A DNA stretch of 64,000 nucleotides from an uncultured Gammaproteobacteria bacterium. GTDB lineage: Bacteria > Pseudomonadota > Gammaproteobacteria > Pseudomonadales > JAHEGP01. A program made the translations under genes and the position numbers. The notes beneath the pieces were generated by a model. It worked only from the letters and a program-made list of their open reading frames with translations, ran no database searches and was not told where the DNA came from. The stretch covers positions 70,034 to 134,033 of the forward strand of contig CAVVVC010000003.1 of assembly GCA_963751595.1 (NCBI GenBank), read 5' to 3'. Positions 9,642 to 23,903 of this stretch are shown here, in pieces. Position 1 is the first letter of the stretch. Each line of letters starts with the position of its first letter.

Positions 9642-10600
9642 GCGAGAGCTTTGGCGAATACCTTGCACATTGCCAGCAGCGCACGGAGCAGGCGCTGACC
9701 CTGATCATCCGCGAGCACACCCTGTCCCGGACTGGCAGTGCCGCTGCCCTCACCGATGAATTGTACTCAGCCTTGAACTATAGCCTGCTCAATGGCGGCA
9801 AGCGTGTGCGCCCCGCGCTGGTCTTCGCCAGTGCGGCTGCCATTGAACCCGACTGTAGTCAGGCGGCCCTTGACTGCATTGCGGCCAGCATCGAGTGCCT
9901 GCATTGCTATTCCCTGGTGCACGATGACCTGCCGGCCATGGACGACGATGACCTGCGCCGCGGCCGCCCCACCTGCCACAGGGCCTACGATGAGGCCACC
10001 GCAATCCTCGCCGGTGATGCCCTGCAATGCCTTGCTTTCGAGCTGGTGGCCGATTGCCCGGGGCTCTCTGCCGACCAGCGCATCGCCCTGGTAAAATTAC
10101 TCGCCAATGCCGCCGGCAGCCGGGGAATGGTGGGGGGCCAGTTTATCGACCTCAGTCTGGAGCAGCACCCGCCGGCCCTTGAACTGCTCGAAACCATGCA
10201 TGCGCTCAAAACCGGAGCTCTGATACGCGCTGCGGTCGGCATGGGCGCGGTCGTGGCCGGGGCCAGCGCCATGCAGCGGGAAGCCCTTGATCGCTATGGC
10301 CGGCAAATCGGACTCGCCTTCCAGGTGAAGGACGACCTGCTGGACATCGAAAGCAGCACAGAAATACTGGGCAAACAGCAGGGCTCGGATCTGGCCAGAT
10401 GCAAAATGACCTACCCGGCACTGCTGGGCGTAGAGGGTTCCAGAACCAAACTAGCACAACTGCTGCAGGACGCATATGACGCACTGGACCCCCTGGGGGG
10501 CCCGTGCTGGGCGCTTGCGCCAGTTGGCGGATTACATTGTCGACCGGGTTTATTAAGAGCAGGACGGCGCCCGCAGTTTTGGTTAGAATGCGAGGTTTAA
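9638..10600 (+). CDS. ispA: farnesyl-diphosphate synthase; 3' end apparently frameshifted at a G6 run (expected stop 10554-10556)
   Basis: [21 protein letters not shown] and [13 protein letters not shown] motifs are present. The tail after ...DALDPLG is non-homologous, and a -1 G correction restores ...[13 protein letters not shown]. Confidence 0.9.
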   Translation: MSESFGEYLAHCQQRTEQALTLIIREHTLSRTGSAAALTDELYSALNYSLLNGGKRVRPALVFASAAAIEPDCSQAALDCIAASIECLHCYSLVHDDLPAMDDDDLRRGRPTCHRAYDEATAILAGDALQCLAFELVADCPGLSADQRIALVKLLANAAGSRGMVGGQFIDLSLEQHPPALELLETMHALKTGALIRAAVGMGAVVAGASAMQREALDRYGRQIGLAFQVKDDLLDIESSTEILGKQQGSDLARCKMTYPALLGVEGSRTKLAQLLQDAYDALDPLGGPCWALAPVGGLHCRPGLLRAGRRPQFWLECEV

Positions 10601-10643
10601 CCTTATCGCCGTTCCGGCGCGATTACTGGTAAATTCCCGAGCG

Positions 10644-12575
10644 ATGGCAAAGCTTTTTCATCAAATCCCCCTGCAGCGTCCGGATACTCCGTATCTGGAC
10701 CGTATCGATTCGCCCCAGGATTTGCGCCTGTTACCGGAAGAGGCGCTGCCGCAACTGGTCGACGAATTGCGCGAGTTCCTGCTGTATTGCTGCGGCCAGA
10801 CCGGCGGACATTTTGGCGCCGGACTTGGCGTCGTGGAGCTTACCGTCGCACTGCACTATGTCTACCATACCCCGGAAGACCGCCTGGTATGGGACGTTGG
10901 CCACCAAACTTACCCCCACAAGATCCTCACCGGCCGCCGCGAGCAGATGCTCACCATGCGTCAGGAAGGGGGCTTATCGGGCTTCACCAAGCGCAGCGAG
11001 AGTGAATACGACACCTTTGGCGTGGGCCACTCCAGCACCAGCATCAGCGCAGCACTGGGCATGGCCCTGGGTATTGCAGAGGGAGACACCGAGCGACGGG
11101 CAGCGGCCATAATTGGCGACGGCGCCATGACCGCCGGCATGGCCTTCGAGGGCCTCAACCATGCCGCCCACACCAGCGCCGATATGCTGGTGGTGCTCAA
11201 CGACAACCAGATGTCCATCTCCCACAACCTGGGAGGTTTGAATACCTATTTTTCCCGACTCTGGACGAGCAAGTTTTACACCGGTCTGCGCGAGGGCGGG
11301 AAAACCGTGCTGGCAAAGCTTCCCAAGGGCTGGGAAATTGCGCGTAAAACCGAGGAGTACATGAAGGGCATGGTTGCCCCGGGGACCCTTTTCGAGGAGC
11401 TGGGCTGGAATTATATTGGCCCCATCGACGGACACGACGTGCTGGAACTGGTGCACACGTTACGCAATATGCGTGAGTTCAAGGGCCCACAATTGCTCCA
11501 TATCATAACCACCAAGGGCAAGGGGTTCGCGCCGGCGGAAGCCGATCCCGTGGGCTATCACGCCATCAACAAAATCGAGGCGAAACCCCGGGTTCCCAAA
11601 CCCGCCGCGGTAGCGCCGAAAAAACCCAAGTACCAGGACATCTTTGGCCAGTGGCTGTGCGATATGGCCGGGAAGGACGAGCGCCTGATCGGCATTACAC
11701 CCGCCATGGGTGACGGCTCAGGAATGGTCGAATTCTCCAGGCAGTACCCCCAGCGCTACCACGATGTTGCCATTGCCGAGCAGCACGCCATCACCCTGGC
11801 TGCTGGCATGGCCTGTGAGAGCCAGAAACCGGTGGTTGCCATTTACAGCACGTTCTTGCAGCGCGGCTATGACCAGTTGATTCACGATGTCGCCCTCCAG
11901 AATCTCGACGTCCTGTTCGCGATCGACCGTGCAGGGCTGGTGGGCGAGGACGGCGCAACCCACGCCGGCAGCTTCGATCTCAGCTACCTGCGCTGCGTTC
12001 CCAATATGGTGATCATGGCGCCCAGCGATGAGGACCAGTGCAGACAAATGCTGTATACCGGCTTTGTTCATCGGGGTCCTGCCGCCGTGCGCTACCCCCG
12101 GGGCACCGGGCCAGGCAGGACAATTGCAAAGGCCATGACCGAATTACCCATCGGTCGCGGCCACGTGTGTCGCGAGGGAACGGGGGTTGCCATTCTGTCA
12201 TTTGGCTCACTCCTCGACATCGCTTCGGAGACCGCTGCAAGCCTTGGCGCAACCGTGGCCGACATGCGTTTCGTCAAGCCGCTGGACACTGCGCTGATAG
12301 AGCGCCTGGCTGGAACCCATGAATTGCTGGTCACCCTGGAAGACAATGCCATCGCCGGGGGCGCAGGCAGCGCAGTCAGTGAATTTCTCGCGAGCCGGGG
12401 CATCGTCGTTCCGATCATGCACCTGGGTCTGCCGGATACCTTCCTCGGGCACGGCAAAAGGGAAGCGTTACTGGCGAGCGTCGGCCTGAGTGTCGAGGGA
12501 TTGAAGAGCAGCATTACCGGTCGTCAGGCGCTGCTGGTGGGCCCCAAGTCCGCAGCGGTATCGGGGCAGAGCTGA
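10644..12575 (+). CDS. dxs: 1-deoxy-D-xylulose-5-phosphate synthase
   Basis: [34 protein letters not shown] and [18 protein letters not shown] (TPP motif); 643 aa; follows xseB-ispA. Confidence 0.97.
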   Translation: MAKLFHQIPLQRPDTPYLDRIDSPQDLRLLPEEALPQLVDELREFLLYCCGQTGGHFGAGLGVVELTVALHYVYHTPEDRLVWDVGHQTYPHKILTGRREQMLTMRQEGGLSGFTKRSESEYDTFGVGHSSTSISAALGMALGIAEGDTERRAAAIIGDGAMTAGMAFEGLNHAAHTSADMLVVLNDNQMSISHNLGGLNTYFSRLWTSKFYTGLREGGKTVLAKLPKGWEIARKTEEYMKGMVAPGTLFEELGWNYIGPIDGHDVLELVHTLRNMREFKGPQLLHIITTKGKGFAPAEADPVGYHAINKIEAKPRVPKPAAVAPKKPKYQDIFGQWLCDMAGKDERLIGITPAMGDGSGMVEFSRQYPQRYHDVAIAEQHAITLAAGMACESQKPVVAIYSTFLQRGYDQLIHDVALQNLDVLFAIDRAGLVGEDGATHAGSFDLSYLRCVPNMVIMAPSDEDQCRQMLYTGFVHRGPAAVRYPRGTGPGRTIAKAMTELPIGRGHVCREGTGVAILSFGSLLDIASETAASLGATVADMRFVKPLDTALIERLAGTHELLVTLEDNAIAGGAGSAVSEFLASRGIVVPIMHLGLPDTFLGHGKREALLASVGLSVEGLKSSITGRQALLVGPKSAAVSGQS

Positions 12576-12621
12576 GGAACAAGCCGGCACGAAGCCTGTA
12601 TCGGCTATGATTGCGCCTGGT

Positions 12622-13224
12622 TCATTCGCCGAAAAGGTGCCCGAGTTTCCCCGCCTTGGTGGCGAGATAACGCGCATTATGGGCGTTTTGTCCTGTCTGA
12701 AGCGCAATTCGCTCCACCACCGCGAACCCCATTTGCTCCATTGCCTTCACTTTCCGCGGATTATTGGTCAGCAGCCTCAGACGCTCAACCCCCACGTGCT
12801 CCAGCATTGTTTTGCAGATGCTGTAATCCCGCATATCGGGGTCAAAACCGAGTTCCTCATTGGCTTCCACGGTATCAGCGCCCTGGTCCTGCAAGGCATA
12901 GGCGCGAATTTTATTCATCAGCCCGATACCCCGGCCCTCCTGACGCAGGTAGAGGATGGCACCACGACCCTCCTCCGCTATACGCTCCATCGCTGCCTGC
13001 AACTGGGATCCGCAATCGCAACGCATACTGAAAAGGGCATCGCCGGTCAGGCATTCGGAGTGAATTCGCGCGAGCACACTTTCCCCATCCGCGACGTCGC
13101 CCAAGGTCAGCAACAGGTGCTCCTTACTGCCATCGAGTTCTTCGAAACCGTGCATATCGAAGACCGCCCATGGGGTCGGCAGCTTGGCTGTTTCAATGTA
13201 GCGGATAGACACCGGTCGGCGCAC
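12622..13224 (-). CDS. ribA: GTP cyclohydrolase II
   Basis: [24 protein letters not shown] and [19 protein letters not shown] motifs; 200 aa. Confidence 0.95.
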   Translation of the reverse strand: MRRPVSIRYIETAKLPTPWAVFDMHGFEELDGSKEHLLLTLGDVADGESVLARIHSECLTGDALFSMRCDCGSQLQAAMERIAEEGRGAILYLRQEGRGIGLMNKIRAYALQDQGADTVEANEELGFDPDMRDYSICKTMLEHVGVERLRLLTNNPRKVKAMEQMGFAVVERIALQTGQNAHNARYLATKAGKLGHLFGE

Positions 13225-13301
13225 TCCAGGCCTGCGAGGGCCGACATTCTAGCAGTATGGACCCGCTGTTGCGAGAAGCCGGTAGGCCGCGGCAGCCGTG
13301 C

Positions 13302-13937
13302 TTACTGCTCCAGCACGAGAACCCCGCCGCGATCACGAATTTCAACGTGGCGCAAAAAACTCATACCCAGCAGGACCACATGGGGGTAAGCGCCCTCGTT
13401 GACAAAGGCCGCCACATTGCGCACGGTAATCTCGCCCACACTCACTGCATCGAGCTGCACCCGATAGCTGGTAACAAGGCCCGATGCGGTCCGGGCCATG
13501 CCCTTATTGTTGTCGTTGCGGTAATTGATGCCAAGGCTTTCGGCGGTTTCGCTACTCATTGCAACCGCGGTGGCACCGGTGTCCACCAACATCCGGGTGT
13601 TGACTCCATTGATGGTCCCGGTAACCAGGTACTGGTTACCGGCGGTGCGACCCACCGTCGTGGTTTTCTTTTTTACAGGGGCGAAACGGGTGGCAATCCG
13701 CTTGCTCAGTGTCACGGTGCGACGCTCGCCGTTTACCTCGATCACACCCTTTCGGGTATCAGCCGCCACCAGTTTGACACCTTCCGGGCTGGTCTGCCCT
13801 GCCCTGAGGAGTCTCTGCTCGCCATCAATGACCAGCACGGCCCCATTTTTAAACAGACCGCGCACCTCGATGGCATCCACTGCCCATGCCATTACCGGCA
13901 ACAGCAGCAGCACAATAACTGGGTATCGATATCGCAT
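13302..13937 (-). CDS. retropepsin-like (clan AA, TIGR02281-type) aspartic protease, secreted or membrane-anchored
   Basis: Signal/anchor MRYRYPVIVLLLLPVMAWA and active-site-like LVDTGATAVAMS (DTGA). Confidence 0.75.
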   Translation of the reverse strand: MRYRYPVIVLLLLPVMAWAVDAIEVRGLFKNGAVLVIDGEQRLLRAGQTSPEGVKLVAADTRKGVIEVNGERRTVTLSKRIATRFAPVKKKTTTVGRTAGNQYLVTGTINGVNTRMLVDTGATAVAMSSETAESLGINYRNDNNKGMARTASGLVTSYRVQLDAVSVGEITVRNVAAFVNEGAYPHVVLLGMSFLRHVEIRDRGGVLVLEQ

Positions 13938-14052
13938 ATTTTAACTCGAGCGGACTCCCTTCCAGTATAGATAACATGGCGCCCCGCGATGCTATCGCAG
14001 TGCCGCGAGTTCCCCTAAAATACCTGCAAATAGCCAACCATTAGGGATCGCC

Positions 14053-14961
14053 GTGGCGTCAACGACCGACAATTTATACCACCCGCGCTACTGGCCCAGT
14101 TGGCTGGCGGTGGGCTTTTTAAAACTACTCACATTGCTGCCGTTTTCGTGGCAACTATGGCTCGGGCGGGTTATCGGCCGGCTGTTCCTGTTGGTGGGCC
14201 GTCGGCGACGCCACATTGCCGAGGTCAACCTGGCTTTGTGTTTCCCGGAATTGGATGCCGATCAGCGACGCGATTTACTGCGGCGCACTTTCGAATCCCA
14301 GGGCATGGGACTGATGGAAACGGCCGCCGCCTGGTTCATGCCGCCCAAACGCCTGTTACCACTGGCCGAACTCACCGGCGCCGACTTGATTGCGCAGGCC
14401 CAGGCCGAGGGCAAACCCGTGCTGCTGCTGGGAGCACACTACACCACACTGGATATTGCCGGTACATTATTCGGCCACTTCGTAACCTTCGACGTGATCT
14501 ACCGGCGGCAGAAAAACCCGGTTATCAATCACCTGATGACCCGGGGTCGGGAACGCTATCTCAGCGGGGGGCGCTCAATCGCCCAGGATGACATGCGTGG
14601 GGTTTACCGCAGTCTGGCGGAAAAACGCGTGCTCTGGTACCCGCCAGACCAGGATTATGGCGCCAGGCATTCGGTGTTCGCGCCTTTTTTCGGAGTGCCG
14701 GCGGCGGTCATCAAAGCGCCCACCCGGATGGCGGCGAAAACCGGCGCCAGGGTACTCGCCTGCTGGTACTATCGGACCGAGGCAGGGCAGTATCACCTGT
14801 GTATCGGGCCCATCGAAGGCTTCACCGGCACCGATTACGGGGCCGACGCCGCAGCCATCAATCAGCACCTTGAGGGCGTGATCCGCCAGCACCCGGAACA
14901 GTATATGTGGGTTCACCGCCGCTTCAAGAGCAGGCCGCCCGGGTTGGAAAAGGTGTATTAG
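14053..14961 (+). CDS. lpxL: lipid A biosynthesis (Kdo2-lipid IVA) lauroyl/acyl-transferase, LpxL/HtrB family
   Basis: HPRYWPSWL..., NLALCFPE, GMGLMETAAAWF, LLGAHYTTLD, WYPPDQDY and EQYMWVHRRFKSRP align with E. coli LpxL as I recall it. GTG start. Confidence 0.85.
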   Translation: MASTTDNLYHPRYWPSWLAVGFLKLLTLLPFSWQLWLGRVIGRLFLLVGRRRRHIAEVNLALCFPELDADQRRDLLRRTFESQGMGLMETAAAWFMPPKRLLPLAELTGADLIAQAQAEGKPVLLLGAHYTTLDIAGTLFGHFVTFDVIYRRQKNPVINHLMTRGRERYLSGGRSIAQDDMRGVYRSLAEKRVLWYPPDQDYGARHSVFAPFFGVPAAVIKAPTRMAAKTGARVLACWYYRTEAGQYHLCIGPIEGFTGTDYGADAAAINQHLEGVIRQHPEQYMWVHRRFKSRPPGLEKVY

Positions 14962-14995
14962 ACGCGCAGCGAGGGGATAAAAACTGTCGCAGGTG

Positions 14996-16069
14996 TCAGC
15001 CGGCGTGATAAGCGGCCGACAATTCGTGAACCGATTCAATGAACACCCGCGCGTGCTCGGGCTTAACCTCGGGCGTTATACCGTGGCCCAAATTGAAAAC
15101 GTGCCCGTTGCCGCGGCCATAGGAAGCGAGAATCGCCGCTACCTCCTGGCGAATGCGTGCAGGCGAGGCATGCAACATAGCTGGATCCATGTTGCCCTGC
15201 AACGCGACGCGGTCTCCGATGCGCTTACGGGCGTCGCCGATATCCGTGGTCCAGTCCAGGCCCACAGCATCGCAGCCGCTGTCGGCGATGCGCTCGAGCC
15301 ACTGGCCACCCTGCTTGGTAAAGATTATCACCGGTATTTTGCTGCCTGCGTACTCCCGGGGGAGACCCGCAACAATGCGCTGCATGTAGGCCAGGGAAAA
15401 CTCCTGATAAGCGGCCGCCGGGAGGGCTCCTCCCCAGGTATCAAAAATTTGTACGGCCTGGGCACCGGCCTCGATTTGCCGGGTCAGGTAATCAGTCACT
15501 GACAGCGCAAGCTTCTCCAGCAACAGGTGCATCACCTCCGGCTGGTCATAGGCCATGGTTTTTACCCGCCGAAAATCCTTGCTGGAGCTTCCCTCCACCA
15601 TGTAGGTAGCCAGTGTCCAGGGGCTGCCGGAGAACCCTATCAGGGGCACCCGACCGTTGAGCTCCTTTCGGATCAGGCTTACCGCGTCCATGACGTAAGC
15701 AAGATCACGGGCGCTATCGACGACTTCCAGTGCCTCCACGGCCGCCGCTGTCTGCACCGGCTTGCGGAACCGTGGCCCCTCTCCCTCACTGAAATACAGG
15801 CCAAGCCCCATGGCATCCGGCACAGTGAGAATATCGGAGAAGAGAATTGCTGCGTCCAGCGGGAACCGCTCCAGGGGTTGCAGGGTGACTTCGCAGGCTC
15901 GCTGGGGATTGCTACACAGCGCCATGAAATCGCCGGCCTGCTGGCGTGTGGCGCGGTACTCAGGCAGGTAACGCCCGGCCTGGCGCATCATCCATACAGG
16001 GGTCAGGTCAACCGGTTGGCGCGCAAGGGCGCGCAGAAAGCGGTCGTTTTTTAGCTGCGTCATACTCAT
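14996..16069 (-). CDS. hemE: uroporphyrinogen decarboxylase
   Basis: [33 protein letters not shown] is the canonical HemE N-terminus; 357 aa. Confidence 0.97.
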   Translation of the reverse strand: MSMTQLKNDRFLRALARQPVDLTPVWMMRQAGRYLPEYRATRQQAGDFMALCSNPQRACEVTLQPLERFPLDAAILFSDILTVPDAMGLGLYFSEGEGPRFRKPVQTAAAVEALEVVDSARDLAYVMDAVSLIRKELNGRVPLIGFSGSPWTLATYMVEGSSSKDFRRVKTMAYDQPEVMHLLLEKLALSVTDYLTRQIEAGAQAVQIFDTWGGALPAAAYQEFSLAYMQRIVAGLPREYAGSKIPVIIFTKQGGQWLERIADSGCDAVGLDWTTDIGDARKRIGDRVALQGNMDPAMLHASPARIRQEVAAILASYGRGNGHVFNLGHGITPEVKPEHARVFIESVHELSAAYHAG

Positions 16070-16102
16070 CCTTAACGGTTTGGTAGCGATCCGGGTAGGC
16101 GA

Positions 16103-17536
<1,434 letters not shown>

Positions 17537-17561
17537 CTACCTCGTTGCGATAGCACTTCCC

Positions 17562-20500
17562 TTACTCGGGCCTGCGCCGGGTGTTGTTCATCAATTCGGA
17601 CAGGTTGGCTGCCTTGGGCTTCACCAGCCAGAAGCGGCGCACATAATCATGAAAGTTTTCGACAATCTCCCTGCCCCAACTACTGCCGGTCTCGCCAACG
17701 TACTCTGCGATAACCGAGCGCAGGTGGTGACGATAGGCTTCAAACTCCTCCTTGCTGATGCGGCAGATCTCGACCAACTCACTGTTAAAGCGATCGTGGA
17801 AGTTGTTTTGTCGGTCCAGCACGTAGGCAAAGCCTCCGGTCATACCGGCGCCGAAGTTGTAACCAGCCGCGCCAAGAACCGCGACACAGCCACCGGTCAT
17901 GTATTCGCAACAGTGATCGCCAACCCCTTCGACAACGGCATGGGCACCCGAGTTTCGCACCGCAAACCGCTCACCGGCACGCCCCGCGGCAAATAGCTTG
18001 CCCCCGGTTGCGCCGTACAGGCAGGTATTGCCAACAATGGCTGCTTCCCAGGTCTTGAACTCGCTACCCTCAGGTGGCGCAATGACCAATTTGCCCCCGG
18101 CCATGCCTTTGCCGACGTAGTCGTTGGCATCACCGCGCATATACATATGCAGGCCACCGGCATTCCAGACCCCAAAGCTTTGCCCCGCGGTGCCCTCCAG
18201 ACGCAGGACCAGGGGGGCCTCAGCCATGCCATGGTTGCCGTGTCGCCGCGCTATCTCACCGGACAGGCGTGCCCCGATAGAGCGGTCGCAGTTGGTCACG
18301 CGATAGTGATATTCACCGCCGAGCTGGCCTTCGATTGCGGGCAACAGGTCAGCGACCATCTGTTCCGCAAGTTCGCCCTTGTCGAAGGGGTCGTTGGATT
18401 TACGCTGACAAAATTGCGGCTGTGAGGGATCAATCTGGTCGTTGAACAGAATCCTCGAGAAATCCAGATTGCGCTGCTTTTCGGTGCAGCCCTCGAGAAC
18501 CTGCAACAAATCGGTGCGGCCAATCAGCTCATCGAGGCTTCGCACGCCCATACTGGCCATCAGCTCTCGCGCTTCGTGGGCCACGAACAGGAAAAAGTTC
18601 ATGGCCATTTCCACCGTCCCGATGTAATGCTCATCGCGCAGGCGGCTGTCCTGGGTGGCAACACCGGTAGCACAGTTATTCAGGTGACAAATCCGCAGGT
18701 ATTTGCACCCCAGGGCCACCATTGGCGCAGTGCCGAACCCGAAGCTCTCGGCGCCGAGAATGGCCGCCTTGATCACGTCCAACCCGGTTTTCAGCCCGCC
18801 GTCGGTTTGCACCCGCACGAGGCCGCGCAAACCATTGGCACGAAGCGCCTGGTGGGTCTCACTCAAGCCCAGCTCCCAGGGGCTGCCAGCATAGCGGATC
18901 GAGGTGAGGGGGCTGGCACCAGTGCCGCCATCGTAACCAGAAATGGTAATCAGGTCAGCATAGGCCTTGGCGACACCGGCTGCGATGGTGCCGACACCGG
19001 ACTCTGCCACCAGTTTGACTGACACCAGCGCAGCGGGGTTTACCTGCTTGAGGTCGAAAATAAGCTGCGCAAGATCCTCTATCGAGTAAATATCGTGATG
19101 CGGTGGCGGTGATATGAGGGTCACGCCAGGGACCGAATAGCGCAGTCGTGCAATAAGCTGGTTAACCTTCCCCCCCGGCAACTGTCCACCCTCCCCCGGC
19201 TTCGCACCCTGGGCGACTTTAATCTGCAGCACTTCCGCGTTGACCAGGTAATGGGGGGTGACACCAAATCGGCCCGAGGCAATCTGCTTGATCTTGGATA
19301 TCCGCTCGGTACCGAATCGCGCTGGATCCTCACCACCCTCGCCGGAATTGGATCGCGCGCCAAGGCGATTCATCGCCGCTGCCAGGGCCTCGTGGGCTTC
19401 CGGTGAGAGGGCCCCAAGTGACATGCCGGCGGAGTCGAAACGGCGGGTAATGGCCTCGATGGGTTCGACTTCGTCCAGCGAAATCGCAGCGCGATCAGGG
19501 ACCACCCTGAAAAGGTCACGAATACTCGCCGGAGCCCGATGGTTGACCAGGTCGGCGTAGACCTTGTACTTGCCATAGTCACCACTTTGCACGGCAGCCT
19601 GCAGTGACATGACGACGTCGGGGTTGAATGCGTGGTACTCGCCCCCATGCACGTACTTCAGGATGCCGCCCTGGACCAATGGCTTGCGCTTGGTCCAGGC
19701 CAGCCTGGCAAGCTCCACCTGATCCTGCTCAAGGTCACTGAAACGTGCCCCCTGTATTCGGCTTGCGACACCGGGAAAACACAGGTCTACCACCTCGTCG
19801 GCCAGGCCGACCGCCTCGAAAAGCTGGGCGCCACGGTACGATGCAATGGTCGAAATCCCCATCTTTGAGAGGATTTTCATCAAACCCTTGTTGATCCCCT
19901 TGCGATAGCGGCTATGCGCATTGATCTCGTCACCGGTCAGCTCGCCGCTTCGCAACATATCGCTGATGATATTGAAGCTGAGGTAGGGGTAGACCGCTGT
20001 GGCCCCAAAGCCGATAAGGGCCGCAATCTGGTGTGAATCCCTTGCTGCCCCGGTCTCGATAATCAGATTAGACTCACAGCGCAGACCCCGGGCGATCAGG
20101 CGGTGATGCACAGCGCCAGTGGCCAGAAGGCTGGGGACCGGCAACAAACCGGGCTTCAACCCCCGGTCAGACAACATCAGCAGTGCCTTGCCCGAACGCG
20201 CTGCCTGCTCTGCCTCGTCGGCGATGGCCAGCAATGCCTGCTCGAGGTTTTTTGATTGGGGATCGTACAATAAGCTGATAAATGCCTTCTGAAAATCCGG
20301 ATGCTCGAACTTCAGCAGCTGTTCGTATTTGCCGGGGGACAAGACCGGCGAGCTGAGGATTATCCTCCGCGCATGCTCGGGCGAGTCCTCAAACACGTTC
20401 TGCTCGACACCGAGGCAGGTCTCCAGCGACATCACGATGGATTCTCGTAACGGGTCGATCGGTGGGTTGGTGACCTGGGCAAACTGCTGCCGGAAATAGT

Positions 20501-22013
20501 CGAAGATAGAGCGTTGTTTTTCCGACAAAACCGCCATCGGCGTATCGTCGCCCATGGAGCCGACCGCTTCCTGACCGGTTTCTGTCACCGGCCGCAGCAC
20601 CTGATCACGCTCCTCGAAGGTCACGTTGTACATTTTCTGATAGGGCTGTAATTCCTCTGGTGCCAGCTGCTCGGGCTCCACCTCTCCCTGCAGGGTCGCC
20701 TCGATCCGGATCGTTTCCTGCTTGAGCCACAGCGTATAGGGGTTGGCGCTCTTGAGTTCGTCGCGCACATCCTGAGTGTGGCGGATTGAGCCGGTTCGGG
20801 TATCCACCGACAGAATCTGCCCAGGTCCGACCCGACCCTTTTCCACTACATCTTCGGGCCGGTAGCTGTAGGTACCCACCTCCGAGGCGAGGGTAATGAA
20901 TCCGTTCTTGGTGACTACGTAACGCGCTGGCCGCAGGCCATTGCGGTCGAGCATACAAATCGCGTAACGCCCATCGGTCATTACCATCCCGGCGGGGCCG
21001 TCCCAGGGCTCCATATGCATGGAGGAATACTCGAAGAAGGCTCTTTCGTCGGGGTCGAGGTCCTCGACGTTCTGCCAGGCGGGGGGCACCAGTGTGCTGA
21101 TCGCCCGATTGATATTCATGCCCCCGGCCAACAGCACTTCCAGCATATTGTCCAGACTGGAGGAATCCGAGCCGGTGCGGTTAACCAGTGGCGACAGTGC
21201 TTCAATGTCCGGCAGCAGACTGGTCTTGAATTTGCTGGTACGCGCCTCCGCCCAGTTGCGGTTGCCCGTAATCGTATTGATCTCGCCGTTGTGGGCCAGG
21301 TAGCGAAAGGGCTGAGCTAACGGCCAGCGCGGCAGGGTATTTGTCGAAAAGCGCTGGTGAAATACACAGATTGCTGTCTCCATCCGCGGATCCGCAAGAT
21401 CGGGATAGAACAGCGTCAGATCAGCGGGCATCATCAGCCCTTTGTAGCTGAGCACTGCGCAGGACAGGCTGCTGATGTAAAAGTGCTCATCCTCGCCAAC
21501 GGCCAGTTCACACTTGCGTCGGGCGACAAACAGAGCCACCTCAAACTCCTGGTCGGAAAGCTCACCCTCGGCCTGTACAAAAACCTGCTCGATTCCGGGC
21601 ATGGACTCCAGCGCGATCGGACCGAGAACTTCGGGGTCCGTTGGCACACAGCGCCAGCCGGGAACGAGAAGCCCCTGTGCCTCGAGTGCCGCCTCAAGCA
21701 GGCTTTTTTGCTCGCTGCTTTTGGCCGGATCCGGGCTCAGGAAAACCTGCCCAACCGCATATTTTTCGGCCAGCGGCGCAGTGAAAGCTTCGGCGGCCAC
21801 CTGCCTCAGGAAACCGTCCGGCTTCTGCAACAACAGGCCGCATCCATCCCCGGTCTTCCCATCCGCAGCAATTCCGCCACGGTGCGTCATGCAGGTGAGT
21901 GACTCGATCGACGTCGCCAACAATTCATGGCTTGCGACGCCCTCTATATGGGCTATCAGGCCAAACCCGCAGTTATCCTTAAAATCACCGGGGCTATACA
22001 GTCCTTTCCTCAT
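17562..22013 (-). CDS. gltB: glutamate synthase large subunit
   Basis: 1483 aa. N-terminal amidotransferase Cys1 ([10 protein letters not shown]), FMN and 3Fe-4S regions, and a GXGXG C-terminal domain. Confidence 0.98.
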   Translation of the reverse strand: MRKGLYSPGDFKDNCGFGLIAHIEGVASHELLATSIESLTCMTHRGGIAADGKTGDGCGLLLQKPDGFLRQVAAEAFTAPLAEKYAVGQVFLSPDPAKSSEQKSLLEAALEAQGLLVPGWRCVPTDPEVLGPIALESMPGIEQVFVQAEGELSDQEFEVALFVARRKCELAVGEDEHFYISSLSCAVLSYKGLMMPADLTLFYPDLADPRMETAICVFHQRFSTNTLPRWPLAQPFRYLAHNGEINTITGNRNWAEARTSKFKTSLLPDIEALSPLVNRTGSDSSSLDNMLEVLLAGGMNINRAISTLVPPAWQNVEDLDPDERAFFEYSSMHMEPWDGPAGMVMTDGRYAICMLDRNGLRPARYVVTKNGFITLASEVGTYSYRPEDVVEKGRVGPGQILSVDTRTGSIRHTQDVRDELKSANPYTLWLKQETIRIEATLQGEVEPEQLAPEELQPYQKMYNVTFEERDQVLRPVTETGQEAVGSMGDDTPMAVLSEKQRSIFDYFRQQFAQVTNPPIDPLRESIVMSLETCLGVEQNVFEDSPEHARRIILSSPVLSPGKYEQLLKFEHPDFQKAFISLLYDPQSKNLEQALLAIADEAEQAARSGKALLMLSDRGLKPGLLPVPSLLATGAVHHRLIARGLRCESNLIIETGAARDSHQIAALIGFGATAVYPYLSFNIISDMLRSGELTGDEINAHSRYRKGINKGLMKILSKMGISTIASYRGAQLFEAVGLADEVVDLCFPGVASRIQGARFSDLEQDQVELARLAWTKRKPLVQGGILKYVHGGEYHAFNPDVVMSLQAAVQSGDYGKYKVYADLVNHRAPASIRDLFRVVPDRAAISLDEVEPIEAITRRFDSAGMSLGALSPEAHEALAAAMNRLGARSNSGEGGEDPARFGTERISKIKQIASGRFGVTPHYLVNAEVLQIKVAQGAKPGEGGQLPGGKVNQLIARLRYSVPGVTLISPPPHHDIYSIEDLAQLIFDLKQVNPAALVSVKLVAESGVGTIAAGVAKAYADLITISGYDGGTGASPLTSIRYAGSPWELGLSETHQALRANGLRGLVRVQTDGGLKTGLDVIKAAILGAESFGFGTAPMVALGCKYLRICHLNNCATGVATQDSRLRDEHYIGTVEMAMNFFLFVAHEARELMASMGVRSLDELIGRTDLLQVLEGCTEKQRNLDFSRILFNDQIDPSQPQFCQRKSNDPFDKGELAEQMVADLLPAIEGQLGGEYHYRVTNCDRSIGARLSGEIARRHGNHGMAEAPLVLRLEGTAGQSFGVWNAGGLHMYMRGDANDYVGKGMAGGKLVIAPPEGSEFKTWEAAIVGNTCLYGATGGKLFAAGRAGERFAVRNSGAHAVVEGVGDHCCEYMTGGCVAVLGAAGYNFGAGMTGGFAYVLDRQNNFHDRFNSELVEICRISKEEFEAYRHHLRSVIAEYVGETGSSWGREIVENFHDYVRRFWLVKPKAANLSELMNNTRRRPE

Positions 22014-22161
22014 GAAAACTCACAAATCGCTTTACAATCAAGGGATTAAAGATATCAACCGGCCAGGGAAGCAGGTGCCGGCCAAAAAGGATCGCCATTT
22101 TACACTCAGGCCGCTAACGGCACAAATAGGCCCCGCAAACAGACCTGTGGGCGAGGGTGCG

Positions 22162-23253
22162 TCAGCGGCGGTAGCTGCGGCTTGCCTCGATACTACCGGA
22201 GACTACATCCACGCCCGGCTCAGTAGTGACGATGGCGTTGCCAAGGCTCTTCAGGGCCACCAATCGTAAACGACCATCCAGCACTTTTTTGTCCACCGCC
22301 ATCAAATCCAGGAACCGAGAAGCGGGCATGTCATCGGGCGGCGCGACGGGTAAGCCCATTGAGGCAATGACATGCACAATACGTGCCACTGTCCCGCGAT
22401 CAATCCAGCCCATTTGCGCAGAAAGCTCAGCCGCCATAACCATGCCGGCGGCCACCGCCTCTCCGTGCAGCCAATCGCCGTAACCCTGGTAGGTCTCGAT
22501 AGCGTGGCCAAAAGTGTGGCCGAGATTAAGAATCGCCCGGACACCACCTTCGCGCTCGTCGCGCGCCACAACCTTGGCCTTGTTGACACAGGAACGGTAA
22601 ATGGCAGCAGCCATCGCCTCGTCGTCCCGCTCCAGCAAAGCTGGAGCGTTCGCCTCAAGCCAGTCGAAAAAGTCAGAATCGGCGATCAACCCGTATTTCA
22701 CCACTTCCGCCAACCCCGCGGCATACTCCCGGGCCGGCAGTGTGGCAAGAGTGGCAAGGTCTGCGATCACAGCGCGGGGCTGATAGAAAGCTCCTATCAT
22801 GTTTTTGCCGGCGGCGTGATTCACTGCAGTCTTGCCCCCGACCGACGAATCCACCTGCGCCAGCAGCGTGGTCGGCAGCTGGAGAAAATCGACTCCCCGC
22901 TGGTAGCAGGCCGCAGCAAACCCCGTCATGTCCCCCACCACGCCACCGCCAAGTGCCACCAGAGTAGTGGTTCGGTTGTGGCGCCGCGCCAGCAAGGTAT
23001 CGAAAACGCGGTTCAGCACCTCCAGAGTTTTGTACTGCTCCCCATCTGGCAGAATGCAACTGTCGACTTGCAGGCCGCTATAGGCATCAAGCACTGTCTC
23101 AAGATACAACGGTGCTACGGTCTCGTTACTCACCACCAAAACCTGGCCACCGCGGATATGCCGGCTAAGTAGTTCAGGGGCCTGGAGTAAATCGCGGCCG
23201 ATGTAGATGGGATAGCTGCGCTCGCCGAGCTCCACTGTGAGCTGTGTTGGCAT
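22162..23253 (-). CDS. aroB: 3-dehydroquinate synthase
   Basis: [43 protein letters not shown] and [11 protein letters not shown]. Start trimmed to ATG 23253. Confidence 0.95.
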   Translation of the reverse strand: MPTQLTVELGERSYPIYIGRDLLQAPELLSRHIRGGQVLVVSNETVAPLYLETVLDAYSGLQVDSCILPDGEQYKTLEVLNRVFDTLLARRHNRTTTLVALGGGVVGDMTGFAAACYQRGVDFLQLPTTLLAQVDSSVGGKTAVNHAAGKNMIGAFYQPRAVIADLATLATLPAREYAAGLAEVVKYGLIADSDFFDWLEANAPALLERDDEAMAAAIYRSCVNKAKVVARDEREGGVRAILNLGHTFGHAIETYQGYGDWLHGEAVAAGMVMAAELSAQMGWIDRGTVARIVHVIASMGLPVAPPDDMPASRFLDLMAVDKKVLDGRLRLVALKSLGNAIVTTEPGVDVVSGSIEASRSYRR

Positions 23254-23362
23254 TCTGGATTCCTCGATGGGGTGCCGGGCCAGCGGACTCATCGTCGGCT
23301 GTGGTCATTGCCCCGCCTATTATACCCTGCCGGACTGCAAGACGATCACATCCATGGGGAAT

Positions 23363-23890
23363 TCAGCGAGAGCTTTCGGCTCGAATCCGGCTGGCCAGAT
23401 CCTGAACCATCGAGCGGGCATTGCGAGTATCCGTGGAAACCACAAGATCAGCGGCTTCGCGGTAGAGAGGGTCCCGTCGGCTCATGAGCTCCTTGAGGAC
23501 CAGGGCCGGGTCTGCATTTTGTAGCAAAGGCCGCTTTCGATCACGTGCAGTGCGCTCGGTCTGGCGCCCGATCGAGGTATGTAAATAAACAACGAAGCCG
23601 TGCTCCGCCAGTAAGCGGCGATTTTCTGCGCGCTCGATAGCGCCGCCACCGGTGGCCAGAACGATGCCATGACGCAACACCAATTCATGCAACATGCTGG
23701 TTTCACGATCGCGGAACCCCTCCTCGCCTTCCTTGTCGAAAATCCAACTGATGTCTGCTCCGCAACGCCGCTCAATTTCGTCATCGGAATCCACGAACGC
23801 CAAACGCAGCTCGGCCGCCAAAAGGCGGCCGATGGTCGATTTTCCGGCCCCCATGGGGCCGACCAGAATTACGTTATCCCGCTTCGACAT
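23363..23890 (-). CDS. aroK: shikimate kinase
   Basis: Walker [18 protein letters not shown], followed by ...ATGGGAI...; 175 aa. Confidence 0.95.
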   Translation of the reverse strand: MSKRDNVILVGPMGAGKSTIGRLLAAELRLAFVDSDDEIERRCGADISWIFDKEGEEGFRDRETSMLHELVLRHGIVLATGGGAIERAENRRLLAEHGFVVYLHTSIGRQTERTARDRKRPLLQNADPALVLKELMSRRDPLYREAADLVVSTDTRNARSMVQDLASRIRAESSR

Positions 23891-23903
23891 CAGTCATCGC
23901 ACA

